A DNA stretch of 64,000 nt from NCBI RefSeq assembly GCF_036013475.1, contig NC_088636.1:391066-455065 (forward strand), written 5' to 3'. The notes under the pieces were generated by a model that saw only the letters and a list, made by a program, of their open reading frames with translations, was not told the DNA's origin and searched no databases. Shown here piece by piece: positions 11,270-23,394 of this stretch. The DNA is from Columba livia. Its lineage: Eukaryota. Numbering within the stretch: the stretch's first letter is position 1; each line of letters opens with the position of its first letter. The translations under genes were made by a program, and so were the position numbers.

Positions 11270-12475
11270 CCACACGGGGACCCAGGCGTCCGGGGGACCC
11301 AGGAGTTCTGGGGGAGGGACCCAGGAGTTCTGGAGGAGGGACCCAGGAGTTCTGGGAGGGACCCAGGAGTTCTGGGAGGGACCCAGGAGTTCGGGAGGGA
11401 CCCAGGAGTTCTGGGAGGGACCCAGGAGTTCGGGGGGGACCCAGGAGTTCGGGAGGGACCCAGGAGTTCTGGGGGAGGGACCCAGGAGTTCTGGGAGGGA
11501 CCCAGGAGTTCTGGAGCAGGGACCCAGGAGTTCGGGATGGACCCAGGAGTTCTGGAGCAGGGACCCAGGAGTTCTGGGGGGACCCAGGAGTTCTGGAGGA
11601 GGGACCCAGGAGTTCTGGAGGAGGGACCCAGGAGTTCTGGGAGGGGACCCAGGAGTTCGGGAGGGACCCAGGAGTTCTGGGGGAGGGACCCAGGAGTTCT
11701 GGGGGAGGGACCCAGGAGTTCTGGGGGAGGGACCCAGGAGTTCTGGGGGAGGGACCCAGGAGTTCTGGGGGAGGGACCCAGGAGTTCTGGGGGAGGGACC
11801 CAGGAGTTCTGGGAGGGACCCAGGAGTTCTGGGGAGGGGGCCCGGGCGTTCGGGGGAGGACCCAGGAGTGCCCCAGGGACCCAGGCGTCCGGGAGGGACC
11901 CAGGAGTTCTGGAGGGACCCAGGAGTTCTGGGAGGGACCCAGGAGTTCTGGGGGAGGGACCCAGGCGTTCGGGGGAGGACCCAGGAGTGCCCCAGGGACC
12001 CAGGTGTTCAGGGAGGGACCCAGGAGTTCTGGGGAGGGACCCAGGAGTTCTGGGGAGGGACCCAGGCGTTCGGGGGAGGACCCAGGAGTGCCCCAGGGAC
12101 CCAGGTGTTCAGGGAGGGACCCAGGCGTCCGGGAGGGACCCAGGCGTCCGGGAGGGACCCAGGCGTTCTGGGGGACCCAGGAGTTTGGGGAGGGACCCAG
12201 GAGTTCGGGAGGGACCCAGGAGTTCTGGGGGAGGGACCCAGGCGTTCGGGGGAGGACCCAGGAGTGCCCCAGGGACCCAGGTGTTCAGGGAGGGACCCAG
12301 GCGTCCGGGAGGGACCCAGGCGTCCGGGAGGGACCCAGGCGTTCTGGGGGACCCAGGAGTTTGGGGAGGGACCCAGGAGTTCGGGAGGGACCCAGGCATC
12401 CGTGGGGGGACCCAGGCGTCCGGGAGGGACCCAGGCGTCCGGGAGGGACCCAGGCGTCCGGGCCCCCACGGCCCC
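11270..12475. repeat. Tandem satellite, about 21-bp unit (GGGACCCAGGAGTTCTGGGAG family)
   Basis: Regular copies with GCGTCC and GTGCCC variants. Confidence 0.9.
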
Positions 12476-12493
12476 GTGGGTCTGTGCCCACAG

Positions 12494-12596
12494 AAGTGGC
12501 GCGACATCGTGCGCGAGGTGTCGCTGCTGCAGCGGCTGCGCCACCCGAACACCGTGGGCTTCCGGGGCTGCTACCTGCGCGGGCACACGGGCCTGG
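12494..12596 (+). CDS. TAOK2: TAOK2 coding exon 3
   Basis: The acceptor is tctgtgcccacag. The translation is KWRDIVREVSLLQRLRHPNTVGFRGCYLRGHTGL, compared with [34 protein letters not shown]. The donor GTGAGC at 12597 leaves a phase mismatch of 1 nt with exon 4; a ctgGGTgag G-run is the suspected cause. Confidence 0.8.
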
Positions 12597-12599
12597 GTG

Positions 12600-15500
12600 A
12601 GCGACCCCCAAGTGTGGGGCGGACCCACAAGTGTGGGGCGGGACCCATAAGTGTGGGGCAGGACCCCCAAGTGTGGGGCGGGGGAGGGGGGGGGTTGAAA
12701 ATGGGGGTCTTAGGGGTTTTTTAGGCTCAGAAATGGGGTTTTGGGGGGTGGGTTTGGGACCCCCAAGTGTGGGGCTGGACCCACAAGTGTGGGGCGGGGG
12801 AGGGGCAGGTTGAAAATGGGGGTCTTCGGGTTTTTTTAGGCTCAGAAATGGGGTTTTGGGGGGGGGGTTGGGACCCATAAGTGTGGGGCAGGACCCATAA
12901 GTGTGGGGCGGGACCCACAAGTGTGGGGCGGGGGGTTTGGATGCTGGGAATGGGAGTTATTGGGTTGGATTTGGGCTCAGAAATCAGGGTTGGGGGGCAT
13001 TGGGACCCAAAAGTGTGGGGCTGGACCCATAAGTGTGGGGCTGGACCCACAAGTGTGGGGGCGGGACCCACAAGTGTGGGGCGGGACCCCCAAGTGTGGG
13101 GCGGGGGAGGGGCAGGTTGAAAATGGGGGTCTTAGGGGTTTTTTAGCTCAGAAATGGGGTTTTGGGGGTGGGTTTGGGACCCCCAAGTGTGGGGCGGGAC
13201 CCCCAAGTGTGGGGCGGGACCCACAAGTGTGGGGCTGGACCCCCAAGTGTGGGGCGGGGGAGGGGGGGGTTGAAAATGGGGGTCTTTGGGGTTTTTTAGG
13301 CTCAGAAATGGGGGTTTTGGGGGGGGGTTTGGGACCCCCAAGTGTGGGGCTGGACCCCCCAAGTGTGGGGCGGGGGAGGGGGGTGTTGAAAATGGGGGTC
13401 TTTGGGGTTTTTTTAGGCTCAGAAATGGGGTTTTGGGGGGGGGGTTGGGACCCATAAGTGTGGGGCAGGACCCATAAGTGTGGGGCGGGACCCACAAGTG
13501 TGGGGCGGGGGGTTTGGATGCTGGGAATGGGAGTTATAGGGTTGGATTTGGGCTCAGGAATCAGGGTTGGGGGGCATTGGGACCCACAAGTGTGGGGCGG
13601 ACCCCCAAGTGTGGGGCAGACCCACAAGTGTGGGGCAGGACCCATAAGTGTGGGGCGGGGGAGGGGGGGTTGAAAATGGGGGTCTTCGGGGTTTTTTAGG
13701 CTCAGAAATGGGGTTTTGGGGGTGGGTTTGGGACCCCCAAGTGTGGGGCTGGACCCATAAGTGTGGGGCTGGACCCATAAGTGTGGGGGCGGGGGAGGGG
13801 GGGGTTGAAAATGGGGGTCTTTGGGGTTTTTTAGGCTCAGAAATGGGGTTTCGGGGGTGGGTTTGGGACCCCCAAGTGTGGGGCAGGACCCCCAAGTGTG
13901 GGGCGGGACCCACAAGTGTGGGGCGGGACCCCCAAGTGTGGGGCGGGGGGTTTGGATGCTGGGAATGGGAGTTATAGGGTTGGATTTGGGCTCAGGAATC
14001 AGGGTTGGGGGATATTGGGACCCACAAGTGTGGGGCGGGACCCACAAGTGTGGGGCGGGGGGAGGGGGGTGTTGAAAATGGGGGTCTTCGGGGTTTTTTA
14101 GGCTCAGAAATGGGGTTTTGGGGGGGGGTTGGGACCCATAAGTGTGGGGCAGGACCCATAAGTGTGGGACAGGACCCATAAGTGTGGGGCGGGACCCACA
14201 AGGTGTGGGGCGGGGGGTTTGGGTGCTGGGAATGGGAGTTATTGGGTTGGATTTGGGCTCAGAAATCAGGGTTGGGGGGCATTGGACCCAAAAGTGTGGG
14301 GCTGGACCCATAAGTGTGGGGCTGGACCCACAAGTGTGGGGCGGGACCCACAAGTGTGGGGCGGGACCCCCAAGTGTGGGGCGGGGGAGGGGCAGGTTGA
14401 AAATGGGGGTCTTAGGGGTTTTTTAGGCTCAGAAATGGGGTTTTGGGGGTGGGTTTGGGACCCCCAAGTGTGGGGCTGGACCCATAAGTGTGGGGCGGGG
14501 GAGGGGGGGGTTGAAAATGGGGGTCTTTGGGGTTTTTTAGGCTCAGAAATGGGGTTTTGGGGGTGGGTTTGGGACCCCCAAGTGTGGGGCTGGACCCATA
14601 AGTGTGGGGCGGGGGAGGGGGGTGTTGAAAATGGGGGTCTTCGGGGTTTTTTAGGCTCAGAAATGGGGTTTTGGGGGGGGGTTGGGACCCATAAGTGTGG
14701 GGCAGGACCCATAAGTGTGGGACAGGACCCATAAGTGTGGGGCGGGGGGTTTGGGTGCTGGGAATGGGAGTTATTGGGTTGGATTTGGGCTCAGAAATCA
14801 GGGTTGGGGGGCATTGGGACCCACAAGTGTGGGGCTGGACCCACAAGTGTGGGGCTGGACCCACAAGTGTGGGGCGGGACCCACAAGTGTGGGGCGGGAC
14901 CCACAAGTGTGGGGCGGGACCCCAAGTGTGGGGCGGGGGAGGGTGGGGTTGAAAATGGGGGTCTTCGGGGTTTTTTAGGCTCAGAAATGGGGTTTTTGGG
15001 GGTGGGTTTGGGACCCATAAGTGTGGGGCGGGACCCATAAGTGTGGGGCGGGACCCACAAGTGTGGGGCGGGGGGTTTGGGTGCTGGGAATGGGTGTTAT
15101 TGGGTTGGATTTGGGCTCAGAAATCAGGGTTGGGGGGCATTGGGACCCCCAAGTGTGGGGCGGGACCCCCAAGTGTGGGGCGGACCCACAAGTGTGGGGC
15201 AGGACCCATAAAGTGTGGGGCGGGGGAGGGGGGGTTGAAAATGGGGGTCTTCGGGGTTTTTTAGGCTCAGAAATGGGGTTTTGGGGGTGGGTTTGGACCC
15301 CCAAGTGTGGGGCGGGACCCATAAGTGTGGGGCGGGGGTTTGGGTGCTGGGAATGGGAGTTATTGGGTTGGATTTGGGCTCAGAAATCAGGTTGGGGGGC
15401 ATTGGGACCCATAAGTGTGGGGCAGGACCCCCAAGTGTGGGGCAGGACCCCCAAGTGTGGGGCGGGACCCCCCAAGTGTGGGGCGGGGGGAGGGGGAGGT

Positions 15501-15900
15501 TGAAAATGGGTGTCTTTGGGGTTTTTTAGGCTCAGAAATGGGGTTTTGGGGGTGGGCTTGGGCCCCATAAGTGTGGGGCGGGACCCATAGATGTGGGGCA
15601 GGGGGTGTCAGGCCCCATAGGTGTGGGGCAGGACCCATAGATGTGGGGCTGGGGGAGGGTTTGGGGCCCAGAAATGGATTGCGGGGACATTGGGACCCAT
15701 AGATGTGGGGCAGGGGGTGTCTGGCCCCATAAGTGTGGGGCTGACCCATAAGTGTGGGGCAGGACCCATAAGTGTGGGGCAGGGGGTGTTGGGCCTCATA
15801 ATTGTTGGGGAAGGACTTGGGCCCCAGGAATGGGGGGTTGGGGACACTGGGACCCACAGATGTGGGGCAGGGGTTGTCCGGCCCCATAAGTGTGGGGCGG
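12600..15900. repeat. Composite satellite: a 20-bp unit (GGGACCCACAAGTGTGGGGC) with interspersed units of about 75 and about 80 bp, forming an irregular higher-order structure
   Basis: The marker blocks GTTGAAAATGGGGGTCTT...GGCTCAGAAATGGGG and GATGCTGGGAATGGGAGTTATTGGGTTGGATTTGGGCTCAG recur 14 and 7 times. Confidence 0.85.
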
Positions 15901-15947
15901 AGGGTCCGTCCGGCCCCACATCCATGGGGCAGGGCCGCTCTCCTCAG

Positions 15948-15993
15948 CTGGCCATGGAGCGCTGCCTGGGCTCGGCCGCCGACCTGCTGGAGG
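15948..15993 (+). CDS. TAOK2: TAOK2 coding exon 4
   Basis: The acceptor is ctctcctcag and the donor is GTGAGT. The translation is LAMERCLGSAADLLE, compared with LVMEYCLGSASDLLE. Confidence 0.85.
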
Positions 15994-16068
15994 GTGAGTG
16001 CTGTGGGGCGGCGCTATGGGGCAGCCCCATAGATCCCGGGGCTCACCCCCCAACCTCTGCCCCACAAG

Positions 16069-16166
16069 TGCACAAGAAGCCGCTGCGGGAGGCGGAGATC
16101 GCGGCCATCAGCCAGGGGGGCGCTGCGCGGGCTGGCCTACCTGCACCGCCTGGGGGTCATCCACAG
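16069..16166 (+). CDS. TAOK2: TAOK2 coding exon 5 (contains an apparent +1 G frameshift in the run at 16115-16120)
   Basis: The translation is VHKKPLREAEIAAISQG, then after a 1-nt shift ALRGLAYLHRLGVIHR, compared with [33 protein letters not shown]. The donor is GTCAGA at 16167. With one G removed, the phases fit exons 4 and 6 exactly. Confidence 0.8.
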
Positions 16167-16169
16167 GTC

Positions 16170-17980
16170 AGACCCATAGATTGACCCATAGATTGACCCA
16201 TAGATTGACCCATAGATTGACCCATAGGTCCTGACCCATAGCGCGACCATCGGCTTGCGTTGTGTTGGGCTTTCTGGTTCTTTTCTTGCTTGTGTTTGTG
16301 CTGCCCACAGATCCTGCCCCACAGATCCTGCCCCACAGATCCTGCCCCACAGATCCTGCCCCACAGATCCTGCCCCATAGATTTTGCCCCATAGATCTCC
16401 GCCATAGATCTGCCCTATAGATTGTGACCCATAGCGAGACCCATAGCAGGACCCACAGCCCCTGTTGTGGTGGTTTTTCTAGGTGTCCTCTTGCTTTTGT
16501 CCTGCCCCATAGATCCTGCCCCATAGATCCTGCCCTATAGATGTCCTGCCCCATAGATCCTGCCCCATAGATCCTGCCCTATAGATCCTGCCCCATAGTG
16601 AGACCCATAGATCCTGCTCTATAGATCCTGCCCCATAGCAGGACCCACAGCCCGTGTTGTGTTGGTTTCTCTGGGTCTTTTCTTGCTTGTGTTTATTGTT
16701 CCCGCCCCATAGATCCCGCCCCATAGATCCTGCCCCATAGCGGGACCCACAGATCCTGCCCCATAGATCCTGCCCCATATATCCTGGCCCTTAACCTGCC
16801 CTATAGATCCTGCCCCACAGATCCTGCCCATAGCAGGACCCACAGCCCCCGTTGTGGTGGTTTTTCTAGGTGTCCTCTTGCTTTTGTCCTGCCCCATAGA
16901 TCCTGCCCCATAGATCCTGCCCCATAGATCCTGACCCATAGATCCTGACCCATAGATCCTGACCCATAGCAGGACCCACAGCCCCCGTTGTGGTTGTTTC
17001 TCTGGGTCTTTTCTTGCTTGTGTTTATTGTTCCCACCCCATAGATCCTGCTCCATAGATCCTGCCCCATAGATCCTGCCCCATATATCCTGGCCCTTAAC
17101 CTGCCCTATAGATCCTGCCCCACAGATCCTGCCCCATAGCAGGACCCACAGCCCCCGTTGTGGTGGTTTTTCTAGGTGTCCTCTTGCTTTTGTCCTGCCC
17201 CATAGATCCTGCCCCATAGATCCTGCCCCATAGCGAGACCCGTAGATCCTGCCCCATAGATCCTGCCTCATAGCGAGACCCATAGATCATGCCCCATAGA
17301 TCCTGCCCCATAGCAGGACACACAGCCCCTGTTGTGTTGGTTTCTCTGGGTCTTTTCTTGCTTGTGTTTGTTGTTCCTGCCCCACAGATCCTGCCCCATA
17401 ACCTGCCCCATAGATCCTGCCCCATAGCGGGACCCATAGATGCTGCCCTATAGATGCTGCCGTATAGGTGCTGCCCCATAGCGGGACCCATAGATCCTGC
17501 CCCATAGATCCTGCCCCATAGATCCTGCCCCGTAGCAGGAGCCATAGATCCTGCCCCATAGATTCTGACCCATAGATCCTGCCCCATAGCAGGACCCACA
17601 GCCCATGTTGTGGCGGTTTTTCTGGGTCTTTTCTTGCTTGTGTTTGTTGTTCCTGCCCCACAGATCCTGCCCCATAACCTGCCCCATAGATCCTGCCCCA
17701 TAACCTGCCCCGTAGATCCTGCCCCATAGATTCCGCCCCATAGATCCTGCCCCATAGCGGGACCCACAGATCCTGCCCCACAGATCCTGCCCCATAGATC
17801 CTGTGCCATAGCGGGACCCATAGATCCTGCCCCACAGATCCTGACCCATAGATCCTGCCCCATAGCGGGACACACAGATCCTGCCCCATAGATCCTGCCC
17901 CACAGATCCTGAGCCATAGATCCTGCCCCATAGCAGGACCCATAGATCCTGCCCCACAGATCCTGACCCATAGATCCTGC
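16170..17980. repeat. Tandem satellite, about 15-bp unit (CATAGATCCTGCCCC) with a roughly 300-bp higher-order unit
   Basis: The block GCAGGACCCACAGCCCCCGTTGTGGTGGTTTTTCTAGGTGTCCTCTTGCTTTTGTCCTGCC recurs about every 300 bp. Confidence 0.85.
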
Positions 17981-18650
17981 CCTACGGCTCCAGCCCCACA
18001 GCTCCAGCCCCACTGATTCCGCCCCACTGATTCCGCCCCACTGATCCTGTCCCACTGCTCCCGCCCCACTGATCCCGCCCACTGATCCTGTCCCACTGAT
18101 CCGACCCCACTGCTCCCGCCCCACAGCTCCCGCCCCACTGATCCAGCCCCACTGATCCGGCCCCACTGCTCCCGCCCCACAGCTCCCGCCCCACTGATCC
18201 AGCCCCACAGCTCCCGCCCCACAGCTCCCGCCCCACAGCTCCCGCCCCACTGATCCAGCCCCACTGATCCGGCCCACTGATCCCGCCCCACTGATCCGAC
18301 CCCACTGCTCCCGCCCCACTGATCCGGCCCCACTGATCCGGCCCCACTGATCCTGCCCCACTGATCCGGCCCCACTGATCCAGCCCCACTGATCCGGCCC
18401 CACTGCTCCCGCCCCACTGATCCCGCCCCACTGATCCCGCCCCACTGACCCGGCCCCACTGATCCCGCCCCACGGCTCCTGCCCCACTGATCCAGCCCCA
18501 CTGACCCGGCCCCACTGATCCCGCCCCACTGATCCTGCCCCACTGACCCTGCCCCACTGACCCTGCCCCACTGACCCTGCCCCACTGACCCTGCCCCACT
18601 GATCCGGCCCCACTGATCCCGCCCCACTGACCCGGCCCCACGGCTCCCGC
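17980..18650. repeat. Tandem satellite, 15-bp unit (CACTGATCCGGCCCC/CACTGCTCCCGCCCC)
   Basis: Regular copies ending at the TAOK2 exon 6 acceptor. Confidence 0.9.
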
Positions 18651-18656
18651 CCGCAG

Positions 18657-18770
18657 GGACGTGAAGGCCGGGAACATCCTGCTGAGCGCCGTGGGGCAGG
18701 TCAAGTTGGGCGACTTCGGCTCCGCCGCCACGGCCGCCCCCAGCGGAGCCTTCGTGGGGACGCCCTACTG
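18657..18770 (+). CDS. TAOK2: TAOK2 coding exon 6 (catalytic loop and DFG)
   Basis: The acceptor is cccgcag and the donor is GTGAGC. The translation is (R)[38 protein letters not shown], compared with [39 protein letters not shown]. Confidence 0.9.
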
Positions 18771-18774
18771 GTGA

Positions 18775-19835
18775 GCGCCCCCCACGTGTGGGGCGGGACC
18801 CCCGGGTGTGGGGCTGGGACCCCCATGTGTGGGGCGGGACCCCCGAGTGTGGGGCTGGGACCCCCATGTGTGGGGCTGGGATTGGTGGTTGTGACCCCCG
18901 AGTGTGGGGCTGGACCCCCAAGTGTGGGGCTGGGATTGGTGGTTGTGACCCCCGAGTGTGGGGCTGGGACCCCCAAGTGTGGGGCTGGGACCCCCAAGTG
19001 TGGGGCTGGGATTGGTGGTTGTGACCCCCAAGTGTGGGGCTGGGACCCCCAAGTGTGGGGCTGGGACCCCCAAGTGTGGGGCTGGGATTGGTGGTTGTGA
19101 CCCCCAAGTGTGGGGCTGGGACCCCCACGTGTGGGGCAGGACCCCCAAGTGTGGGGCTGGGATTGGTGGTTGTGACCCCCAAGTGTGGGGCTGGGACCCC
19201 CACGTGTGGGGCAGGACCCCCAAGTGTGGGGCTGGGATTGGTGGTTGTGACCCCCAAGTGTGGGTCTGGGACCCCCAAGTGTGGGGCTGGGATTGGTGGC
19301 TGTGACCCCCAAGTGTGGGTCTGGGACCCCCAAGTGTGGGGCTGGGACCCATAGCGGGGCTGGGATTGGTGGTTGTGACCCCCAAGTGTGGGTCTGGGAC
19401 CCCCAAGTGTGGGGCTGGGATTGGTGGCTGTGACCCCCAAGTGTGGGTCTGGGACCCCCAAGTGTGGGGCTGGGACCCCCGAGTGTGGGGCTGGGATTGG
19501 TGGCTGTGACCCCCAAGTGTGGGGTGGGACCCCCGAGTGTGGGGCTGGACCCCCAAGTGTGGGGCTGGGACCCACAGCGGGGCTGGGATTGGTGGCTGGG
19601 ACCCCCAAGTGTGGGGCTGGGATTGGTGGTTGTGATCCCCGAGTGTGGGTCTGGGACCCCCAAGTGTGGGTCTGGGACCCCCAAGTGTGGGGCTGGGATT
19701 GGTGGTTGTGATCCCCGAGTGTGGGTCTGGGACCCCCAAGTGTGGGGCTGGGATTGGTGGTTGTGACCCCCAAGTGTGGGGCTGGACCCCCAAGTGTGGG
19801 GCTGGGATTGGTGGCTGTGACCCCCAAGTGTGGGC
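18775..19835. repeat. Tandem satellite, about 21-bp (GGGACCCCCAAGTGTGGGGCT) and about 33-bp (GGGATTGGTGGTTGTGACCCCCAAGTGTGGGGCT) units
   Basis: Alternating sub-units related to the 12600-15900 family. Confidence 0.85.
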
Positions 19836-19859
19836 TGAGTTCAGAGAGGGGGGACCCGG

Positions 19860-22650
19860 GAGTTTGGTCCTAATGCTCCCGCCCCACACATCCCGCCCCA
19901 CACATCCCGCCCCACACATCCTGCCCCACATCTGCCCCACACCCCCGCCCCATGTCTGCCCCACACACTGCCCCTCACCCGCCCCACACCCCCCCACACA
20001 TCCTGCCCCACACCTGTGCTGCACACCCTGCCCCACATCTGCCCCACATCTGCCCCACATCTGCCCCACATCCGCCCCACTCCTGACCTCCACCTCTTGC
20101 CCCACCCCACATCCCACCCCACACATCCGCGCCCCACACATCCGCGCCCCACACGTCTGTGCCCCACACATCCCACCGCACACATCTGTGCCCCACACAT
20201 CGCGCCCCACACATCCCACCCCACACCTCCTGCCCCACACATCCCTCCCCACCTCTGCCCCTCATCCACCCCACACCCCCCCACACCTCTGCCCCCCACA
20301 TCCTGCCCCACATCCTGCCCCACACCCCCGCCCCACACGCTGCCCCCCACATCCTGCCCCCCACATCCTGCCCCCCACATCCTGCCCCCCACCTCCCGCC
20401 CCCCACCTCCCGCCCCACACCTCCCGCCCCACACCTCCCGCCCCACACCTCCCGCCCCACACCTCCTGCCCCACACCTCCCGCCCCACACCTCCCGCCCC
20501 ACACATCCCGCCCCACACCTCCCGCCCCACACATCCCGCCCCACACCCGCCCCACACCCGCCCCACATGTGCCCCCAGGATGGCCCCCGAGGTGATCGTG
20601 GCCGTGGACGAGGGGCCGTACGACGGCCGAGCCGACGTCTGGTCCTTGGGCATCACCTGCATCGAGCTGGGTGAGCGCGGGGGCTGCCCCACATCGCCCC
20701 ACATCACCCCACATCTGCCCCATATCTGCCCCACATCTGCCCCACATCTGCCCCACATCTGCCCACATCCCCGCCCCACATCTGCCCCACATCTGCCCCA
20801 CATCTGCCCACATCCCGCCCCACATCCCGCCCCACATCCTGCCCCACATCCCGCCCCACATCTGCCCCACATCTGCCCCACATCCCGCCCCAAATCCCGC
20901 CCCACATCCCGCCCCACATCCCGCCCCACATCCGCCCCACATCCGCCCCACATCCCGCCCCACATCCCGCCCCACATCCCGCCCACATCCTGATCCACAT
21001 CCTGCCCCACATCCCGCCCCACATCTGCCCCACATCCTGCCCCACATCCTGCCCCACATCTGCCCCACGTCCTGCCCCACGTCCTGCCCCACATCCCGCC
21101 CCACATCCCGCCCCATATCTGACCCACATCCCGCCCCACATCCTGCCCCACATCCTGCCCCACATCCTGCCCCACATCTGCCCCACATCCTGCCCCACAT
21201 CTGCCCCACGTCCTGCCCCACATCCTGCCCCACATCTGCCCCACATCCCGCCCCACATCCCGCCCCACGTCCCGCCCACGTCCCGCCCCACGTCCTGCCC
21301 CACATCTGCCCCACATCTGCCCCACATCTGCCCCACATCCCGCCCCATATCTGCCCCACATTGCCCCACATCCCGCCCCACATCCCGCCCCACATCCCGC
21401 CTCACATCCCGCCCCACGTCTGCCCCACATCGCCCCACATCCCGCCCCATATCTGCCCCACATCCCGCCCCACATCCCGCCCCACATCTGCCCCACATCT
21501 GCCCCACATCGCCCCACATCCCGCCCCATATCTGCCCCACATCTCCCCACATCTGCCCCACATCCCGCCCCACATCCCGCCCCACATCCCGCCCCACATC
21601 CCGCCCCACATCCCGCCCCACATCTGCCCCCACATCTGCCCCCACATCCCGCCCCACATCCCGCCCCACATCCCGCCCCACATCCCGCCCCACATCCCGC
21701 CCCACATCCTGCCCCACATCTGCCCCACATCCCGCCCCACATCCCGCCCCACATCTGCCCCACATCCTGCCCCACATCCTGCCCCACATCTGCCCCACGT
21801 CCTGCCCCACGTCCTGCCCACGTCCTGCCCCACGTCCTGCCCCACATCCTGCCCCACATCCCTGCCCCACATCCCTGCCCCACATCCCGCCCCACATCCC
21901 CCCCACGTCCCGCCCCACGTCCCGCCCCACGTCCCGCCCCACGTCCTGCCCCACATCTGCCCCACATCTGCCCCACATCTGCCCCACATCCCGCCCCATA
22001 TCTGCCCCACATTGCCCCACATCTGCCCCATGTCCTGCCCCACGTCCTGCCCCACATCCTGCCCCACATCTGCCCCACATCTGCCCCACATCCCGCCCCA
22101 TATCTGCCCCACATTGCCCCACATTGCCCCACATCTGCCCCACATCCTGCCCCACATCTGCCCCACATCTGCCCCACATCTGCCCCACATCCCGCCCCAT
22201 ATCTGCCCCACATTGCCCCACATCCTGCCCCACATCCTGCCCCACATCCTGCCCCACATCTGCCCCACATCCCGCCCCACATCGCCCCACATCCCGCCCC
22301 ACATCCCGCCCCACATCCCGCCCCACATCCCGCCCCACGTCTGCCCCACATCGCCCCACATCCCGCCCCACATCTGCCCCACATCTGCCCCACATCGCCC
22401 CACATCCCGCCCCATATCTGCCCCACATCTCCCCACATCTGCCCCACATCCTGCCCCACATCCTGCCCCACATCCCGCCCCACATCCCGCCCCACATCTG
22501 CCCCACATCTGCCCCCACATCCCGCCCCACATCCCGCCCCACATCCTGCCCCACATCCCGCCCCACGTCTGCCCCACATCGCCCCACATCTGCCCCACAT
22601 CTCCCCACATCCTGCCCCACATCCCCTCATCTCTGCCCCCCATCTCCCCC
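19860..22650. repeat. C-rich tandem satellite, about 13-14-bp unit (CCCCACATCCCGCC/CCCCACATCTGCC), interrupted only by TAOK2 exon 7 (20579-20670)
   Basis: The same unit is present on both sides of exon 7, with no stop codons in several frames. The ORFs of 300-740 aa are artefacts. Confidence 0.9.
20579..20670 (+). CDS. TAOK2: TAOK2 coding exon 7 (APE motif)
   Basis: The acceptor is gcccccag and the donor is GTGAGC. The translation is (W)[30 protein letters not shown], compared with [30 protein letters not shown]. The exon sits as an island inside a continuous (CCCCACATCCCG)n array. Confidence 0.9.
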
Positions 22651-22679
22651 CATCTCCCCCCATGTCCCCGTGTCCCCAG

Positions 22680-22773
22680 CGGAGCGGAAGCCGCCGCTGT
22701 TCCACCTGAACGCCATGAGCGCGCTGTTCCACATCGCCCAGAGCGACCCCCCCCGCCTGCCCCCCGCCCCGTG
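22680..22773 (+). CDS. TAOK2: TAOK2 coding exon 8
   Basis: The acceptor is tgtccccag and the donor is GTGAGC. The translation is [31 protein letters not shown](W), compared with [32 protein letters not shown]. Confidence 0.9.
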
Positions 22774-22789
22774 GTGAGCCGCACGCCTG

Positions 22790-23285
22790 GGTCCCCCCCG
22801 GACGCCTGGGTCCCTCAGAACACCTGGGTCCCCTCCCGAACTCCTGGGTCCCTCCTGCACTCCTGGGTCCCCCCGAACGCCTGGGTCCCTCCCTGAACAC
22901 CTGGGTCCCTGGGGCACTCCTGGGTCTCCCCCCGGACGCCTGGGTCCCCCAAAACGCCTGGGTCCCCTCCCGGACGCCTGGGTCCCTCCCCAACCTCCTG
23001 GGTCCTCTCCCTAAACTCCTGGGTCCCTCAGAACTCCTGGGTCCCTCTCTGACCTCCTGGGTCCCCCCCGGACGCCTGGGTCCCCCTTCCGAACTCCTGG
23101 GTCCCCCCCCCCCGGACGCCTGGGTCCCTCCCCGGACGCCTGGGTCCCTCAGAACTCCTGGGTCCCTCCCCCCCGAACGCCTGGGTCCCTCCCCCCCAAA
23201 CGCCTGGGTCCCTCCCCGGACGCCTGGGTCCCTCAGAACTCCTGGGTCCCCCCCGGACGCCTGGGTCCCCCGGACGCCGGGGTCC
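22790..23285. repeat. Tandem satellite, about 20-bp unit (GACGCCTGGGTCCCTCCCCG), the reverse orientation of the GGGACCCAGG family
   Basis: It starts directly after the exon 8 donor and ends at the exon 9 acceptor. Confidence 0.9.
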
Positions 23286-23299
23286 CTGTCGGGTCGCAG

Positions 23300-23381
23300 G
23301 TCGCCGTGTTTCCGGGGGTTCGTGGGTTCGTGTCTCCAGAAGCAGCCGCAGGATCGACCCACGGCCGACGAGCTGCTGCAG
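23300..23381 (+). CDS. TAOK2: TAOK2 coding exon 9
   Basis: The acceptor is gggtcgcag and the donor is GTTAAT. The translation is (W)SPCFRGFVGSCLQKQPQDRPTADELLQ, compared with [27 protein letters not shown]. Confidence 0.85.
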
Positions 23382-23394
23382 GTTAATTACCGCT

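Noticed and set aside
7625-11275. ORFs of 410-728 aa (ALVGQNRALVGQN..., GPLGHLWVRIWPPGSLMGQDL..., [13 protein letters not shown]...).
   Set aside because: Translation of 21-, 31- and 10-bp satellites in TAOK2 5' introns.
19841-23362. Minus-strand ORF of 1173 aa and plus-strand ORFs of 300-740 aa ([10 protein letters not shown]...) in the CCCCACATCCCG array.
   Set aside because: Low-complexity repeat translation with no protein similarity. The real TAOK2 exons 7-9 are short, unique islands.
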